The notes under the pieces were generated by a model. That model made no database searches. It saw only the letters and a list, made by a program, of their open reading frames with translations, and was not told the origin of the DNA. This document shows positions 8,862-18,928 of a stretch of 64,000 bases of DNA, piece by piece. The first letter of the stretch is position 1. Each line of letters starts with the position of its first letter. Source of the stretch: an uncultured Bordetella sp. (GTDB lineage Bacteria > Pseudomonadota > Gammaproteobacteria > Burkholderiales > SG8-39); the NCBI GenBank assembly GCA_964564865.1, contig CAZMDA010000010.1, positions 10,360-74,359 of the forward strand. Reading direction: 5' to 3'. A program made the position numbers and the translations under genes.

Positions 8862-10415
8862 TCAGGCCGCGGCCGCCACCGGCGGCGCCACCGGCAGGAG
8901 CACCGTGAAGCGCGTGCCCAGGCCGGGCCGGGAGTCCACCTTCAGCTCGCCGCCGTGGTTGGCGACGATGCGATAGCAGATGGAAAGGCCCAGGCCCGTG
9001 CCCTGGCCCACCGGCTTGGTGGTGAAGAACGGGTCGAAGATCTTCGGCAGCACCTCGGCCGGGATGCCGTGGCCGTTGTCGGCGATCTCGACCGCGACGT
9101 GCGCCGCGTCCGGCATCGAGGTGCGCACCGTGATGCGCCCGCCCGACTCGGGCGTGGCCTGGGCCGCGTTGGTGATCAGGTTGAGGAACACCTGGTTGAT
9201 CTGGGAGGGCGAGCAGGCGACGCGCGCGACCTTGCCGAACTCGCGCGCCACGGCGCGGGTCCTGAGCTGGTGGCGCGCGATGCGCAGCGCGCTCTCCAGC
9301 CCCTCGTGCAGGTCCACCTGCGCCACCTGGCTGCGGTCCAGGCGGCTGAAGTTCTTGAGGCTCCCCACCAGCTCGGAGATCTGGGCGATGCCGAACACGC
9401 CGTCCTCCACCTGGCGGCCGATCTCCTCCACCGCGCCGCGCGCGCGCAGGCCCTCCAGCTGCGCGCGCACCGCGGCGAACTTCGCCGCCAGCTGCGCCTC
9501 GTCCGCGCCCTCGGCCGAGAGGAGCGAGAGCAGCTGCTCGGTCTCGGCCGCGAGGCTGCCCAGTTCCGGGACCCGCTTCTTCAGTCCTTCCATGCTCGCC
9601 TTGACGTAGGCGAGCGGCGTGTTCACCTCGTGCACCAGGCCCGCCACCATCTGGCCCAGCGACGACATCTTCTCGCTCTGCACCAGCATGGCCTCGGACT
9701 CCTTCAGGCGCGCCAGCGCGTCGCTCAGCTCGCGGGTGCGCTCCTGCACCCGCGCCTCCAGCGTCTCGTTGGCCTCGCGCAGCCGCGCGTTGGCGCGGTC
9801 GGTCTCGCGCCGGCTCTCGGCCAGCCGCCACGCCACGTAGGCCAGCACCGCGAGCAGGATCCCGGAGTAGTAGAGCAGCAGGACGCGGTACAGCTCGGCC
9901 TCGGCGAGCGCCTGGTCGAGCGCGCGGTCCAGTTCGCGCGCCACCAGCCCCATCCGGGACGCGGTGGGCGCCTGCCAGGCGCGCTCGTGCAGCAGCGGGA
10001 TCGCGGCGCGCAGCTCCGCGAGCTTCGCCTCGTCCGCCGGCTCGGCGCGCTCGGCCGCGGCGAGGGCCGCGCGCGCCGCGGCGTGCCGGTCCACCAGCTC
10101 CGCCTTCTCGTCCAGGGCCGCCTGCAACCCGGCCAGCGCGCGGCCGACCTGCCCGCTGCCCAGGGCGAGGGCGCGCACTTCCAGGTTCGAGTAGGCGCTG
10201 CGGTGCTGCGAGGGCGCCGCCGGCGCCGCGGGCAGCGCCGGGTCCACCAGGCGCGCGTTCCAGCGGGCGTCCAGCGTGCGCAGCTCCGCCAAGGCGCCGC
10301 GCGTGCGCTCGATGGCGCCGATGTCCACCGCGCCGCCCAGCCAGTAGAGGAACGCCCAGCCGCCCGCCAGCGCGAGGGCCATGAGGGCATAGCCGGCAGT
10401 CTTGGCGAGGCGCAT
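8862..10415 (-). CDS. membrane sensor histidine kinase (HisKA + HATPase_c)
   Basis: Two hydrophobic segments flank a roughly 170-aa helical extracytoplasmic region. H-box [12 protein letters not shown]-box [10 protein letters not shown]1 DNGHGI, G2 GTGLGL. Start trimmed to the ATG at 10413-10415 ([16 protein letters not shown]...). Confidence 0.85.
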   Translation of the reverse strand: MRLAKTAGYALMALALAGGWAFLYWLGGAVDIGAIERTRGALAELRTLDARWNARLVDPALPAAPAAPSQHRSAYSNLEVRALALGSGQVGRALAGLQAALDEKAELVDRHAAARAALAAAERAEPADEAKLAELRAAIPLLHERAWQAPTASRMGLVARELDRALDQALAEAELYRVLLLYYSGILLAVLAYVAWRLAESRRETDRANARLREANETLEARVQERTRELSDALARLKESEAMLVQSEKMSSLGQMVAGLVHEVNTPLAYVKASMEGLKKRVPELGSLAAETEQLLSLLSAEGADEAQLAAKFAAVRAQLEGLRARGAVEEIGRQVEDGVFGIAQISELVGSLKNFSRLDRSQVAQVDLHEGLESALRIARHQLRTRAVAREFGKVARVACSPSQINQVFLNLITNAAQATPESGGRITVRTSMPDAAHVAVEIADNGHGIPAEVLPKIFDPFFTTKPVGQGTGLGLSICYRIVANHGGELKVDSRPGLGTRFTVLLPVAPPVAAAA

Positions 10416-10518
10416 GGGGACCGGGGAGGAGCCGTGGAGGAACCGGGCGGCAGTATAGCGGCGGGGGCCGCCGCCGCCGGCCCGTCGCCCCCTCGCATGC
10501 GGTAAAATTGCGTCAAGC

Positions 10519-11079
10519 ATGTCCTCGATCGATCTGACGCATCACTTCCTGATCGCCATGCCCAACATGGCCGACCCGTATTTTTCGAGGACCCTCACTT
10601 TCGTCTGCGAGCACAACGACCAGGGCGCGCTGGGCATCGTGGTCAACCGCCCGATCGACATGACCCTGCAGGCCCTGTTCGAGCGCCTGTCGCTGTCCAT
10701 GGGCAACACCGAGCTCGCGGATGCGCCGGTCTACTTCGGCGGCCCGGTGCAGACCGACCGCGGCTTCGTCCTGCACGCGCCCGCCGGCAACTGGCAATCG
10801 ACGCTGCGCGTGCGCGACGCCATCGGCCTCACCACCTCCAAGGACATCCTGGAGGCGGTCGGGCGCGGCGAGGGGCCGGGCCGGATGCTGGTGTCCCTGG
10901 GCTACGCCGGCTGGACCGCCGGGCAGCTGGAGCACGAGCTGTCGCAGAACGCCTGGCTCACCGTGGAGGCGAGCGACGGCATCCTGTTCGACACCCCGGC
11001 CGAGGAACGGCTGCCGGCGGCGATGGAGCTGCTGGGCCTGGACTATGCGCGTCTCGCCGACGTCGCGGGACATGCCTGA
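10519..11079 (+). CDS. YqgE/AlgH-family protein
   Basis: [40 protein letters not shown] is the family signature. Sits in the conserved position upstream of ruvX. Confidence 0.9.
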   Translation: MSSIDLTHHFLIAMPNMADPYFSRTLTFVCEHNDQGALGIVVNRPIDMTLQALFERLSLSMGNTELADAPVYFGGPVQTDRGFVLHAPAGNWQSTLRVRDAIGLTTSKDILEAVGRGEGPGRMLVSLGYAGWTAGQLEHELSQNAWLTVEASDGILFDTPAEERLPAAMELLGLDYARLADVAGHA

Positions 11080-11527
11080 GCGAAGCGTTGGCAACCCCCC
11101 CGGGACGGTCCTCGCCTTCGATTTCGGTTTGCAGCGCATTGGCGTCGCCGTGGGCGAGCCCGAGCTGGGCACCGCGCATCCGCTGCCGGCGGTGGCCGCG
11201 CAAAGCTCGCCGGGGCGGCTCACCGCGATCGGCCGCCTGGTGAAGCAGTGGAACCCCTCGCAGCTGGTGGTCGGGCGGCCCCTGGGCGAGGACGGCGCGC
11301 CGCACGAGATGACGCGCCGCGCCGAGCGCTTCGCGCGCCAGCTGAACGGGCGCTTCCGCCTGCCGGTGGCGCTGGTGGACGAGCGCTACAGCTCGGTGGA
11401 GGTGGAAAGCCGCATGCGCGCCGCCTACGGCAGCCGCAAGGCCGCCACGCTCTCGCGCGGCAAGGCGCTCGATTCGCACGCCGCGCAGCTGGTGCTGGAG
11501 CAGTACTTCAACGAGCGGACGGCATGA
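11072..11527 (+). CDS. ruvX: Holliday-junction resolvase-like nuclease RuvX (YqgF)
   Basis: [17 protein letters not shown] start motif. ATG at 11072 in the frame of track ORF 10721..11527. Overlaps the yqgE 3' end. Confidence 0.9.
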   Translation: MPERSVGNPPGTVLAFDFGLQRIGVAVGEPELGTAHPLPAVAAQSSPGRLTAIGRLVKQWNPSQLVVGRPLGEDGAPHEMTRRAERFARQLNGRFRLPVALVDERYSSVEVESRMRAAYGSRKAATLSRGKALDSHAAQLVLEQYFNERTA

Positions 11528-12024
11528 GCGCCCTGCCCGACGCCGAATCGCTGCTGCCCGGCCTTGCCGCCGAGCTGAAGGCGCGCGTGACGCCGGCGAC
11601 CGCGATGATCGGCCTGTACACCGGCGGCGCCTGGCTCGCCGAGCGCCTGCACGCGATGCTGGGCCTGAAGGAACCGCTCGGCCTGATGGACATCGCCTTC
11701 TACCGCGACGACTACGCCAAGCAGGGCCTTAAGCACGACCCCAAGCGCACCCGGATCCCGTTCGACGTCGGCGGCCGCGACCTGCTGCTGGTGGACGACG
11801 TGCTCTACACCGGGCGCACGGTGCGCGCGGCGATGAACGAGCTGTTCGACTACGGCCGGCCGCGCAGCATCGCGCTCGCGGTGCTGGCCGACCGCGGCGG
11901 GCGCGAGCTGCCGATCTGCGCCCAGCACTGCGGCGCGCGGGTGCAGGTGCCCGAGGGCATGCGGCTGCGCCTGAAGCGCGCCGCCGACGGCCGCCTGTCG
12001 CTGGAGCTGGAACGTGCGGCTTAG
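11524..12024 (+). CDS. pyrR: bifunctional pyr operon regulator / uracil phosphoribosyltransferase PyrR
   Basis: PRPP-binding loop [20 protein letters not shown] at 11524 overlaps the ruvX stop (ATGA). Confidence 0.9.
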   Translation: MSALPDAESLLPGLAAELKARVTPATAMIGLYTGGAWLAERLHAMLGLKEPLGLMDIAFYRDDYAKQGLKHDPKRTRIPFDVGGRDLLLVDDVLYTGRTVRAAMNELFDYGRPRSIALAVLADRGGRELPICAQHCGARVQVPEGMRLRLKRAADGRLSLELERAA

Positions 12025-12976
12025 CGCCGGCCGCAACCCGCAGCTCAACGCCAACGGCGAGCTGCAGCACCTGCTGTCCATCGAGGGGCTGCCGCGCGAG
12101 ATCCTGCTGCAGATCCTGGACACCGCCCAGCCGTTCGCGGACGTCACCGAGCGCGAGGTGAAGAAGGTGCCGCTGTTGCGGGGCAAGAGCGTGTTCAACC
12201 TGTTCTTCGAGAACTCGACCCGCACCCGCACCACCTTCGAGATCGCCGCCAAGCGGCTCTCGGCCGACGTCATCAACCTCAACGTCGCGGTGTCCTCGGC
12301 CTCCAAGGGCGAGTCGCTGCTGGACACGGTGGCCAACCTCTCGGCGATGCAGGCCGACGTGTTCGTGGTGCGCCACGCCTCCTCGGGCGCGCCCTACCTG
12401 ATCGCGCGCCACGTCAAGCCGCACGAGCACGTCGTCAACGCCGGCGACGGGCGCCACGCGCACCCGACGCAGGGGCTGCTCGACCTCTACACCATCCGCC
12501 ACTACAAGAAGGACTTCACGCGGCTGACGGTGGCGGTGGTGGGCGACGTGCTGCACTCGCGCGTGGCGCGCTCGCTGATCCACGGCCTGACCACGCTGGG
12601 GGTGCCCGAAGTGCGCGTGATCGGGCCGCAGACCCTGCTGCCCGCCGGGGTCGAGGCGCTGGGGGTGAGGGTGTTCCACGACATGCGCGAGGGGCTGCGG
12701 GACGCCGACGTGGTGGTGATGCTGCGGCTGCAGAACGAGCGCATGAACGGGCCGCTGCTGCCCAGCGCGCAGGAGTTCTTCAAGCACTACGGCCTGAACG
12801 CGGACAAGCTGGCGCTGGCGAAGCCCGACGCCATCGTCATGCACCCCGGGCCGATGAACCGCGGCGTCGAGATCGATTCCTCGGTGGCCGACGGCCCGCA
12901 CTCGGTGATCCTGCCGCAGGTCACCTTCGGCATCGCGGTGCGCATGGCGGTGATGTCCATCGTGGCGGGGAACTAG
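12014..12976 (+). CDS. pyrB: aspartate carbamoyltransferase catalytic subunit
   Basis: [13 protein letters not shown] and [11 protein letters not shown] motifs. GTG start overlaps the pyrR end. Confidence 0.95.
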   Translation: MRLSAGRNPQLNANGELQHLLSIEGLPREILLQILDTAQPFADVTEREVKKVPLLRGKSVFNLFFENSTRTRTTFEIAAKRLSADVINLNVAVSSASKGESLLDTVANLSAMQADVFVVRHASSGAPYLIARHVKPHEHVVNAGDGRHAHPTQGLLDLYTIRHYKKDFTRLTVAVVGDVLHSRVARSLIHGLTTLGVPEVRVIGPQTLLPAGVEALGVRVFHDMREGLRDADVVVMLRLQNERMNGPLLPSAQEFFKHYGLNADKLALAKPDAIVMHPGPMNRGVEIDSSVADGPHSVILPQVTFGIAVRMAVMSIVAGN

Positions 12977-12987
12977 GTGGACTGCCG

Positions 12988-14271
12988 ATGAGCATCCTCA
13001 TCAAGGGCGGGCGCGTGATCGACCCGGCAAGCGGCCGGGACGAAGTGGGCGACGTGTTCATCGCCGACGGGAAGATCGCCGACAAGGCGGGCAAGGCCGC
13101 GCGCACCATCGACGCCAAAGGCCTGGTCGTCGCCCCCGGCCTGATCGACCTCTCGGCGCGCCTGCGCGAGCCGGGCTACGAGTACAAGGCGACGCTGGAA
13201 TCCGAGATGGACGCCGCGGTCGCGGGCGGCGTCACCAGCCTCGCCTGCCCGCCGGACACCGACCCGCCGCTGGACGAGCCGGGCCTGGTCGACATGCTGC
13301 GCCGGCGCGCGAAGGTGCTGTCGCGCGCCCGCGTCTACCCGGTGGGCGCGCTCACCGTGAAGCTCGCCGGCGAGCGCCTGACCGAGATGGCGGAACTGGC
13401 CGAGGCCGGCTGCGTCGCGTTCTCGCAGGCGAACGCGCCGCTGCGCGACACGCAGGTGCTGTGGCGCGCGCTGCAGTACGCGGCCACCTTCGGCTTCCCG
13501 GTCTGGCTGCGCGCGGAGGACCCCTGGCTCGCGGCCGGCGGCGTGGCGCACGACGGCGAGGTGGCGACGCGCATGGGCCTGCCGGGCATCCCGGCCTTCG
13601 CCGAGACCGTGGCGCTCGCCACGCTGCTGGAGCTGGTGCGGGCGACGCGCACGCGCGTGCACGTGTGCCGGCTCTCCACGGCGGCCGCGGTGGCGATGAT
13701 CCGGGCCGCCAAGCAGGAGGGGCTGCCGGTGACCTGCGACGTCGGCGTCCACCACCTGCACCTCTCGGACATGGACCTGGGCTACTACGATTCCAGCTGC
13801 CGCCTGGAACCGCCGCTGCGCTCGCAGCGCGACCGCGACGCCCTCGCCGAGGGCCTGGCCGACGGCACCATCGACTGCGTGGTGTCGGACCACACGCCGG
13901 TGGACGAGGACCGCAAGCAACTGCCCTTCGACGAAGCCGAGGCGGGCGCCACCGGCCTGGAGCTGCTGCTGCCGCTGACGCTGAAGTGGGCCGCGGCGCG
14001 CAAGCTTCCCCTGGCGACCGCGCTCGCGCGCCTCACCAGCGATCCGGCGCGGATCCTGGGCGTGCAGTCAGGGCGGATCGCGCCGGGGGCGCCGGCGGAC
14101 CTGGTCCTGTTCGACCCCGCGGCGCCGTTGCGCGTCGAAGCGGCGACGCTCAAGAGCCAGGGACACAACACGCCGTACATCGGCCACGAGCTCGCCGGCC
14201 GCGTCCGGGCGACGCTGGTCGCCGGCAACGTGGTGCACGAAGCCGCGGCTGGTGCTAGCGGAAGCGCCTGA
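12988..14271 (+). CDS. dihydroorotase-like protein, probably non-catalytic (PyrC'-type ATCase partner)
   Basis: Class I DHOase fold, but the metal-binding DxHxH is replaced by D-L-S-A-R (PGLIDLSARLREPG). Lies immediately downstream of pyrB, as in pseudomonads. Confidence 0.85.
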   Translation: MSILIKGGRVIDPASGRDEVGDVFIADGKIADKAGKAARTIDAKGLVVAPGLIDLSARLREPGYEYKATLESEMDAAVAGGVTSLACPPDTDPPLDEPGLVDMLRRRAKVLSRARVYPVGALTVKLAGERLTEMAELAEAGCVAFSQANAPLRDTQVLWRALQYAATFGFPVWLRAEDPWLAAGGVAHDGEVATRMGLPGIPAFAETVALATLLELVRATRTRVHVCRLSTAAAVAMIRAAKQEGLPVTCDVGVHHLHLSDMDLGYYDSSCRLEPPLRSQRDRDALAEGLADGTIDCVVSDHTPVDEDRKQLPFDEAEAGATGLELLLPLTLKWAAARKLPLATALARLTSDPARILGVQSGRIAPGAPADLVLFDPAAPLRVEAATLKSQGHNTPYIGHELAGRVRATLVAGNVVHEAAAGASGSA

Positions 14272-15082
14272 AGCCCCGGAACGCGGGGCTCAGGTCCCGG
14301 CGGCAGGCGTCGAAGAAATAGTTGCGCTTGCGAACCGTTTTCGCGGTCTCGATGTCGAACCAGCGGGACAGGTAGTCCAGGGTCCGGAAATCCGCCGCCG
14401 CCGCGATGCCATCCGAATGCAGCTCGCCGTAGATCCACTTCGCGCCCGCGATCACGCGCTCCGGGAACGCCGACAGGATCGCGTATTCGGCGCCCTCGGT
14501 GTCGATCTTGATCACGTCCACGGCGTCGATGCCCGCCTGGGCGAGCGCGCCCTCGACGCGCCGCACCGGCGCGCGCAGCTGCGCCGCGCCGCCGGCGAAG
14601 GCGGAGTAGCCGCCCTGGTTGAAGCCCGTAGCGTCGGGCAGGCTGAGCGCCAGCTCGCCGTCCTCCCCGCCCAGCGCGAAGGCGTGCACCTCGATCCGGC
14701 TCGAGTGCGCCGCGTTCCGCCGCAGCAGCTCGAGGTTGGCCGGCACCGGCTCGAAGGCGTGCACCCGCGCCTGAGGAAAGCGGTGAGCGAGGTAGCGGCT
14801 GGCGACGCCGATGTTGCCGCCGATGTCGAGGATGGTGCGCGGCTGCAGTTCGGGCGGCAGCCAGTACTCGCCCTTGTCGCCGGGCTTGAGCAGGATGTCG
14901 TAGATGAGGCCCAGGTCGCTGGTGCCGCGCCGGTAGGCGATGTCGCCGCCGTCGCCGGCGCGCCAGGCATAGCGGCCGAGCCCCAGCCCGCGGCCTTTGC
15001 CGCCCGCCGCCTCGCCGTAGGCGCGGGCGAAGGCGAAGGAGCCGGCGCGCAGCGCCACCTTGAGGAACTTTCCCGGAGTCAT
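14255..15082 (-). CDS. FkbM-family SAM-dependent methyltransferase
   Basis: DIGGNIGV SAM motif. HAFEPVPANLELLRRN and KIDTEGAE are typical of FkbM proteins. Start set at the ATG at 15080-15082. Confidence 0.75.
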   Translation of the reverse strand: MTPGKFLKVALRAGSFAFARAYGEAAGGKGRGLGLGRYAWRAGDGGDIAYRRGTSDLGLIYDILLKPGDKGEYWLPPELQPRTILDIGGNIGVASRYLAHRFPQARVHAFEPVPANLELLRRNAAHSSRIEVHAFALGGEDGELALSLPDATGFNQGGYSAFAGGAAQLRAPVRRVEGALAQAGIDAVDVIKIDTEGAEYAILSAFPERVIAGAKWIYGELHSDGIAAAADFRTLDYLSRWFDIETAKTVRKRNYFFDACRRDLSPAFRGFRRFR

Positions 15083-15087
15083 CGTCG

Positions 15088-15987
15088 ATGAGGATGGTAG
15101 CTGAACAGGTGTTGCTGCGAGTCCTGGCGCTGGGCGCGGCCGCAAGCCTTGCCGGCTGCGGCGGGCTGTTCACGCGCTCGGACCCCGCGCCGCAGGCCGA
15201 ATCGCGCCCGGCGCCCAAGGCGCCTGCGGAGGCGCCGGCGCGGCGCCCGGGCGCCTACTACAAGGACGACGGCCCCGGCGAGCGGCCGCCGGTGGACCTG
15301 GCCTCCATCCCGGACGCGACGCCGCGCGCCGAGCCGCCGCACCGCTTCGCCAACCGGCCCTACCAGGTGTTCGGCCGCGACTACGCGCCGATCGCGAGCG
15401 CGCAGGGCTTCCGCCAGAAGGGCATCGCCAGCTGGTACGGCCGGCGCTACCACGGCCAGAACACCTCCAGCGGCGAGCCCTACGACATGTACGGCATGAC
15501 CGCGGCGCACCCGCTTCTGCCGATCCCGAGCTACGTGCGCGTCACCAACCTCGCCAACCGCAGGAGCGTGGTGGTGCGGGTGAACGACCGCGGCCCGTTC
15601 CACGCCGACCGCGTCATCGACCTGTCCTACACCGCGGCCTGGAAGCTGGGCTTCGTCGAGGTGGGCAGCGCGTTGGTGGAGATCGAGCATGTGCCGCCGG
15701 GCGCCGCCGTGGCGGCGGCGAGCGCGCCGGCGGCGGCGCCGGCCGCCGCGGACGCCGCGGGCGTGTTCCTGCAGCTGGGCGCCTTCTCGGCGCGCGAGAG
15801 CGCGGACAACTTCCGCGCCCGCATCTACCGGGAGCTCGCGTGGTTGTCGGACCCGATCCACGTCGTCGCGGCGGCGGGGCTGTTCCGCCTGCAGCTGGGC
15901 CCGTTCGGATCGGCCGACGCCGCGCGGCCGATTGCCGAGCGCATCGAGGCCGAGCTCGCCTTCAGGCCGCTGCTGGTGTTCCGCTAG
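15088..15987 (+). CDS. rlpA: septal ring lytic transglycosylase RlpA-family lipoprotein with C-terminal SPOR domain
   Basis: Lipobox LAGC. DPBB region GIASWYG...HGQNTSSGEPYDMYGMTAAH...VRVTNL...VVVRVNDRGPF. SPOR-like tail FLQLGAFSARESAD. Confidence 0.9.
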   Translation: MRMVAEQVLLRVLALGAAASLAGCGGLFTRSDPAPQAESRPAPKAPAEAPARRPGAYYKDDGPGERPPVDLASIPDATPRAEPPHRFANRPYQVFGRDYAPIASAQGFRQKGIASWYGRRYHGQNTSSGEPYDMYGMTAAHPLLPIPSYVRVTNLANRRSVVVRVNDRGPFHADRVIDLSYTAAWKLGFVEVGSALVEIEHVPPGAAVAAASAPAAAPAAADAAGVFLQLGAFSARESADNFRARIYRELAWLSDPIHVVAAAGLFRLQLGPFGSADAARPIAERIEAELAFRPLLVFR

Positions 15988-15995
15988 CGGCTATA

Positions 15996-17162
15996 ATGCG
16001 CGCCCCCTTGTCCGCGCGAATTCCGGCGCATTCCACGATGCTTTTCCGCCTCGCAGCCGCGCTGCTCCTCGTTCCCATCCTCGCCCAGGCGCAGGCGCCG
16101 CAGCCGCCCGCCGTGGTCGGCCGCGCCTGGATCGTCGCCGACGTCAGCAGCGGCCAGCTGCTCGCCGCGGAGAAGCCCGACGAGCGCATGGAACCGGCCT
16201 CGCTCACCAAGCTGATGACCGCCTACGTCGTGTTCGGCGCGCTGAAGGAGAAGAAGATCGCGCTCGAGCAGCCGGTGTCGGTGTCGGAGAACGCGCGCCG
16301 CGCCCCGGGCTCGCGCATGTTCATCGAGCCGCGCCGCCCGGTGAGCGTGGACGAGCTGATCCGCGGCATGGTGGTGCAGTCGGGCAACGACGCCTGCATC
16401 GCGCTCGCCGAGCTGGTCGCCGGCACCGAGGAGGCGTTCGCGCAGCGCATGAACCGCGAGGCCGAGCGCCTGGGCCTGAAGGGCACGAGATTCATGAACG
16501 CCTCGGGCCTGCCCGACCCGCAGCACTACTCCACCGCGCGCGACCTGTACCTGCTCGCCGCGGCGCTGATCCGCGATTTCCCCGCCGAGTACGCCGCCTA
16601 CTACTCGCAGAAGGAGTTCCGCTACAACAACATCACCCAGCCCAACCGCAACCGCCTGCTGTGGCTGGATCCGACGGTGGACGGGGTGAAGACCGGGTAT
16701 ACGGAAGCGGCGGGCTACTGCCTGATCTCGTCCTCGAAGCGCGGTCCGCGCCGCGTGCTGGCGGTGCTGCTGGGCTCGACCTCCGAGGCGGCGCGCGCGC
16801 AGGAATCGCAGAAGCTGCTCAACTGGGGCTTCCAGGCCTTCGACGCGGTGCGGCTCTATGGCGGCAACCAGGCGGTGAAGGAGATCGAGGTCTGGAAGGG
16901 CTCGGCCGACAAGCTGAAGGCCGGGTTCCGTTCCGACCTGGTGGTCACCGTGCCCAAGGGCCAGGCCGAGCGGCTGAAGGCCGAGCTGCTGGCGCAGTCG
17001 CCGCTGCTCGCGCCGGTGGCCGAGGGCCAGCGGGTGGGCGTGGTGCGCGTCACGCTGGATGGCAGGGCGCTTGGCGAGTACCCGGTGCAGGCGCTGCAGG
17101 CGGTGCCCGCCGCGGGCCTGCTCGGGCGGGCCTGGGATACACTGAGGCTGTGGGTGAAGTAG
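15996..17162 (+). CDS. D-alanyl-D-alanine carboxypeptidase (PBP5/6 class, DacC-like)
   Basis: SxxK (ASLTKLMT), SGN (VQSGND) and KTG (VKTGYT) motifs. Signal peptide present. An alternative ATG at 16038 is equally plausible. Confidence 0.9.
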   Translation: MRAPLSARIPAHSTMLFRLAAALLLVPILAQAQAPQPPAVVGRAWIVADVSSGQLLAAEKPDERMEPASLTKLMTAYVVFGALKEKKIALEQPVSVSENARRAPGSRMFIEPRRPVSVDELIRGMVVQSGNDACIALAELVAGTEEAFAQRMNREAERLGLKGTRFMNASGLPDPQHYSTARDLYLLAAALIRDFPAEYAAYYSQKEFRYNNITQPNRNRLLWLDPTVDGVKTGYTEAAGYCLISSSKRGPRRVLAVLLGSTSEAARAQESQKLLNWGFQAFDAVRLYGGNQAVKEIEVWKGSADKLKAGFRSDLVVTVPKGQAERLKAELLAQSPLLAPVAEGQRVGVVRVTLDGRALGEYPVQALQAVPAAGLLGRAWDTLRLWVK

Positions 17163-17173
17163 AAGGAGCGCGA

Positions 17174-18040
17174 ATGGTTTTCCTCAACGGGACGTTCATG
17201 CCGATCGAGGAGGCGAAGGTGCCGGTCCTCGACCGCGGCTTCATCTTCGGCGACGGCGTCTACGAGCTGGTGCCGGTCTACTCGCGGGTGCCGTTCCGGC
17301 TCGACGAGCACCTGGCGCGGCTGGAGCGCAGCCTCGAGCTGGTGCGCATCCGCAATCCGTACAGCCGCGCCGAGTGGCGCGACATCCTCCTCGAAGTGAT
17401 CCGAAAGCAGCCGTTCGAGGACCAGGGCGTCTATTTCCAGGTGACGCGCGGCGTCGCCAGGCGCGACCATGCGTTCCCGAAGGACGCGGTGCCGACGGTG
17501 TTCGTGATGTCCAACCCGCTGGTGACGCCGCCGAAGGAACTGGTCGAGCGCGGCGCCGCGGCGGTGAGCGCGGTGGACGACCGCTGGCTGCACTGCGACA
17601 TCAAGTCCATCTCGCTCATCGGCAACTGCCTGCTGCGCCAGGTGTCGGCGGATGCCGGCGCCGTGGAGACGATCCTGTTCCGCGACGGCCGGCTCACCGA
17701 GGCCTCGGCCTCGAACGTGTTCGTGGTGAAGGGCGGCGTGATCCTGTCGCCGCCGAAGTCGAACCTCATCCTGCCCGGCATCACCTACGACGTGATCCAC
17801 GAGCTGGCGCAGGCCGCGGCGCTGCCCTTCGAGTACCGCGACGTGTCGAGGCAGGAGGTGTTCTCGGCCGACGAGCTGTGGGTCACCTCGTCGTCCAAGG
17901 AAGTGCTCGCGGTGGTGACGCTGGACGGCAAGCCCGTGGGTGACGGCCGGCCGGGGCCGGTGTTCCGCAAGATGCACGCCCTGTACCAGGACTTCAAGCA
18001 GCGAGTGATGCGTGCCGGAAAGGAACGGCAAGCTGCCTGA
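17174..18040 (+). CDS. class IV aminotransferase (D-amino-acid aminotransferase-like)
   Basis: Strong SD (AAGGAG) 6 nt before the ATG at 17174. DRGFIFGDGVYE and catalytic-Lys context (CDIKSISL). Only the last 288 codons of track ORF 15689..18040 are credible. Confidence 0.85.
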   Translation: MVFLNGTFMPIEEAKVPVLDRGFIFGDGVYELVPVYSRVPFRLDEHLARLERSLELVRIRNPYSRAEWRDILLEVIRKQPFEDQGVYFQVTRGVARRDHAFPKDAVPTVFVMSNPLVTPPKELVERGAAAVSAVDDRWLHCDIKSISLIGNCLLRQVSADAGAVETILFRDGRLTEASASNVFVVKGGVILSPPKSNLILPGITYDVIHELAQAAALPFEYRDVSRQEVFSADELWVTSSSKEVLAVVTLDGKPVGDGRPGPVFRKMHALYQDFKQRVMRAGKERQAA

Positions 18041-18299
18041 AGCCGACCCGGTACTCGCCTTTCCGACCGCGTTCCCGATCAAGATCCTGGGGCGCAAGGA
18101 AAGCGGGTTCGCGCAGGGCGTGCTGCGGATCGTGCGGGCGCATGCGCCGGACTTCGAGCCCGCCACCGTCGAGACCCGCCCCAGCCGGCAGGGGACGTAC
18201 CTGAGCCTCACCGTGACCATCAACGCCACCTCGCGCGAGCAGCTGGATGCGCTCTACCGAGAGCTTTGCGACCACCCCGCCGTGGTGATGGTGCTGTGA
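18012..18299 (+). CDS. ybeD: YbeD-family (DUF493) protein
   Basis: FPTAFPIKILG signature. Sits in the conserved position upstream of lipB. GTG start, so the start is uncertain. Confidence 0.8.
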   Translation: MPERNGKLPEADPVLAFPTAFPIKILGRKESGFAQGVLRIVRAHAPDFEPATVETRPSRQGTYLSLTVTINATSREQLDALYRELCDHPAVVMVL

Positions 18300-18928
18300 T
18301 GGTGGTGGCGGAGCGCACGGGCCTCGGGATCCTCGTGAAGCGGCTCGGCCGGGCCGACTACCTGCCGGTGCTCGAGGCGATGCGCGAATTCACCGCGCGC
18401 CGCGACGCCGCGACGCCGGACGAGCTCTGGCTGGTGGAACATCCGCCGGTCTATACGCTGGGCCTGGCGGCGGATCCGGCGCACGGGCCAGGCGTCGCCA
18501 GCGGCATCCCGGTGGTGCAGGTGGAGCGCGGCGGCGAGATCACCTATCACGGCCCCGGGCAGGTCGTGCTCTACACCCTGGTGGACCTCGCGCGGCGCGG
18601 CATCAAGGTGCGCGAGTTCGTGCGCCTGCTGGAGAAGTCGGTGCTGGAACTGCTCGACGGCCGCGGCGAGGTTCGTCCCGGCGCCCCCGGCGTCTACGTG
18701 GACGGCGCCAAGGTCGCGGCGCTCGGCATCCGCGTCACGCGCGGCTGCGCCTTCCACGGCCTGTCCCTCAACGTGGACATGGACCTTGCGCCCTTCGCCG
18801 CCATCGATCCCTGCGGCTATCCGGGACTGAAGGTGACGCAGACAAGGGACATCGGCATCGCCGGCAGTCCGGACGAACTGGGGGCGAGGCTCGCTGCGAT
18901 CCTCGCGAGGACCCTCGACCATGCGTGA
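18299..18928 (+). CDS. lipB: lipoyl(octanoyl) transferase
   Basis: [13 protein letters not shown] and KVAALGIRV...HGLSLNV motifs. The ATG at 18299 overlaps the ybeD stop (ATGA-type junction). Confidence 0.9.
   Translation: MVVAERTGLGILVKRLGRADYLPVLEAMREFTARRDAATPDELWLVEHPPVYTLGLAADPAHGPGVASGIPVVQVERGGEITYHGPGQVVLYTLVDLARRGIKVREFVRLLEKSVLELLDGRGEVRPGAPGVYVDGAKVAALGIRVTRGCAFHGLSLNVDMDLAPFAAIDPCGYPGLKVTQTRDIGIAGSPDELGARLAAILARTLDHA

Noticed and set aside
7128-10505. 1125-aa ORF on the plus strand, antisense to the STK and HK genes. Similar giant antisense or out-of-frame ORFs occur at 27676..30285, 48029..50440, 55386..57827, 59777..61573, 36784..38949, 40483..42822, 13785..15218 and 54001..55266.
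   Set aside because: Their translations are Arg/Ala/Gly/Pro-rich low-complexity strings with no recognisable motifs. Each lies opposite a gene with clear family signatures. Long stop-free shadow frames are expected at ~70% GC.
15689-18040. Very long same-strand ORFs that look like fusion proteins: 15689..18040 (783 aa), 37416..40541 (1041 aa), 30407..32503 (698 aa), 23388..26198 (936 aa) and 24845..27496 (883 aa).
   Set aside because: Only the C-terminal part of each has protein-like sequence and a sensible start/SD. The N-terminal parts overlap other well-supported genes in a different frame, so they were trimmed to internal starts.
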